From Heptranchias perlo (Eukaryota), in the NCBI RefSeq assembly GCF_035084215.1, contig NC_090329.1, positions 70,060,001 to 70,124,000 of the forward strand: 64,000 nucleotides of DNA. Direction: 5' to 3'. Shown here in pieces: positions 63,885-64,000 of this stretch; position 1 is the stretch's first letter; each line of letters begins with the position of its first letter. Both the position numbers and the translations under genes were made by a program. Below the pieces are notes generated by a model, which saw only the letters and a list, made by a program, of their open reading frames with translations, ran no database searches and was not told the origin of the DNA.

Positions 63885-64000
63885 GTTCTTTTTCCAGTTC
63901 TCCAACCTGAATCATTAACTGTTTCTTTCTCCACAGATGCTGCCTGACTTGCTGAGTATTTCCAGCATTTTCTATTTTTATTTCAGATTTCCAGCATCTG
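63885..64000 (+). mobile_element. Penelope-like terminal fragment, hammerhead core eroded
   Basis: Reverse similarity to 19416-19540. Confidence 0.7.

Overview
Vertebrate genomic DNA, most likely from a cartilaginous fish; this is inferred from the SacSINE1/DeuSINE-like, LF-SINE-like, CR1 and Penelope-like repeats. The only host gene is R-spondin 3 (rspo3) on the minus strand. It shows the TSP1-domain exon (52036-51839), a 47,952-bp last intron, the terminal basic-tail exon (3886-3681, ending ...VSTVH*) and an AU-rich 3' UTR. The upstream exons lie beyond 64000. The introns are filled with nested transposons: two abundant LINE families (canonical CR1 and a second APE-RT family, here 'LINE-B'), L2 tails, DeuSINEs, LF-SINE-like copies and a probable solo LTR. 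There is also a 4.07-kb two-gene PIF/Harbinger transposon (DDE transposase plus convergent 3-exon Myb/SANT gene, both decayed) with several non-autonomous relatives. Short Penelope-like insertions carry minimal hammerhead-ribozyme cores, one intact and in the sense of the rspo3 pre-mRNA. Repeat boundaries were read by eye and are approximate unless a TSD or TIR is quoted. No wholly new system is proven; the ribozyme-bearing inserts and the Harbinger family are the best leads.
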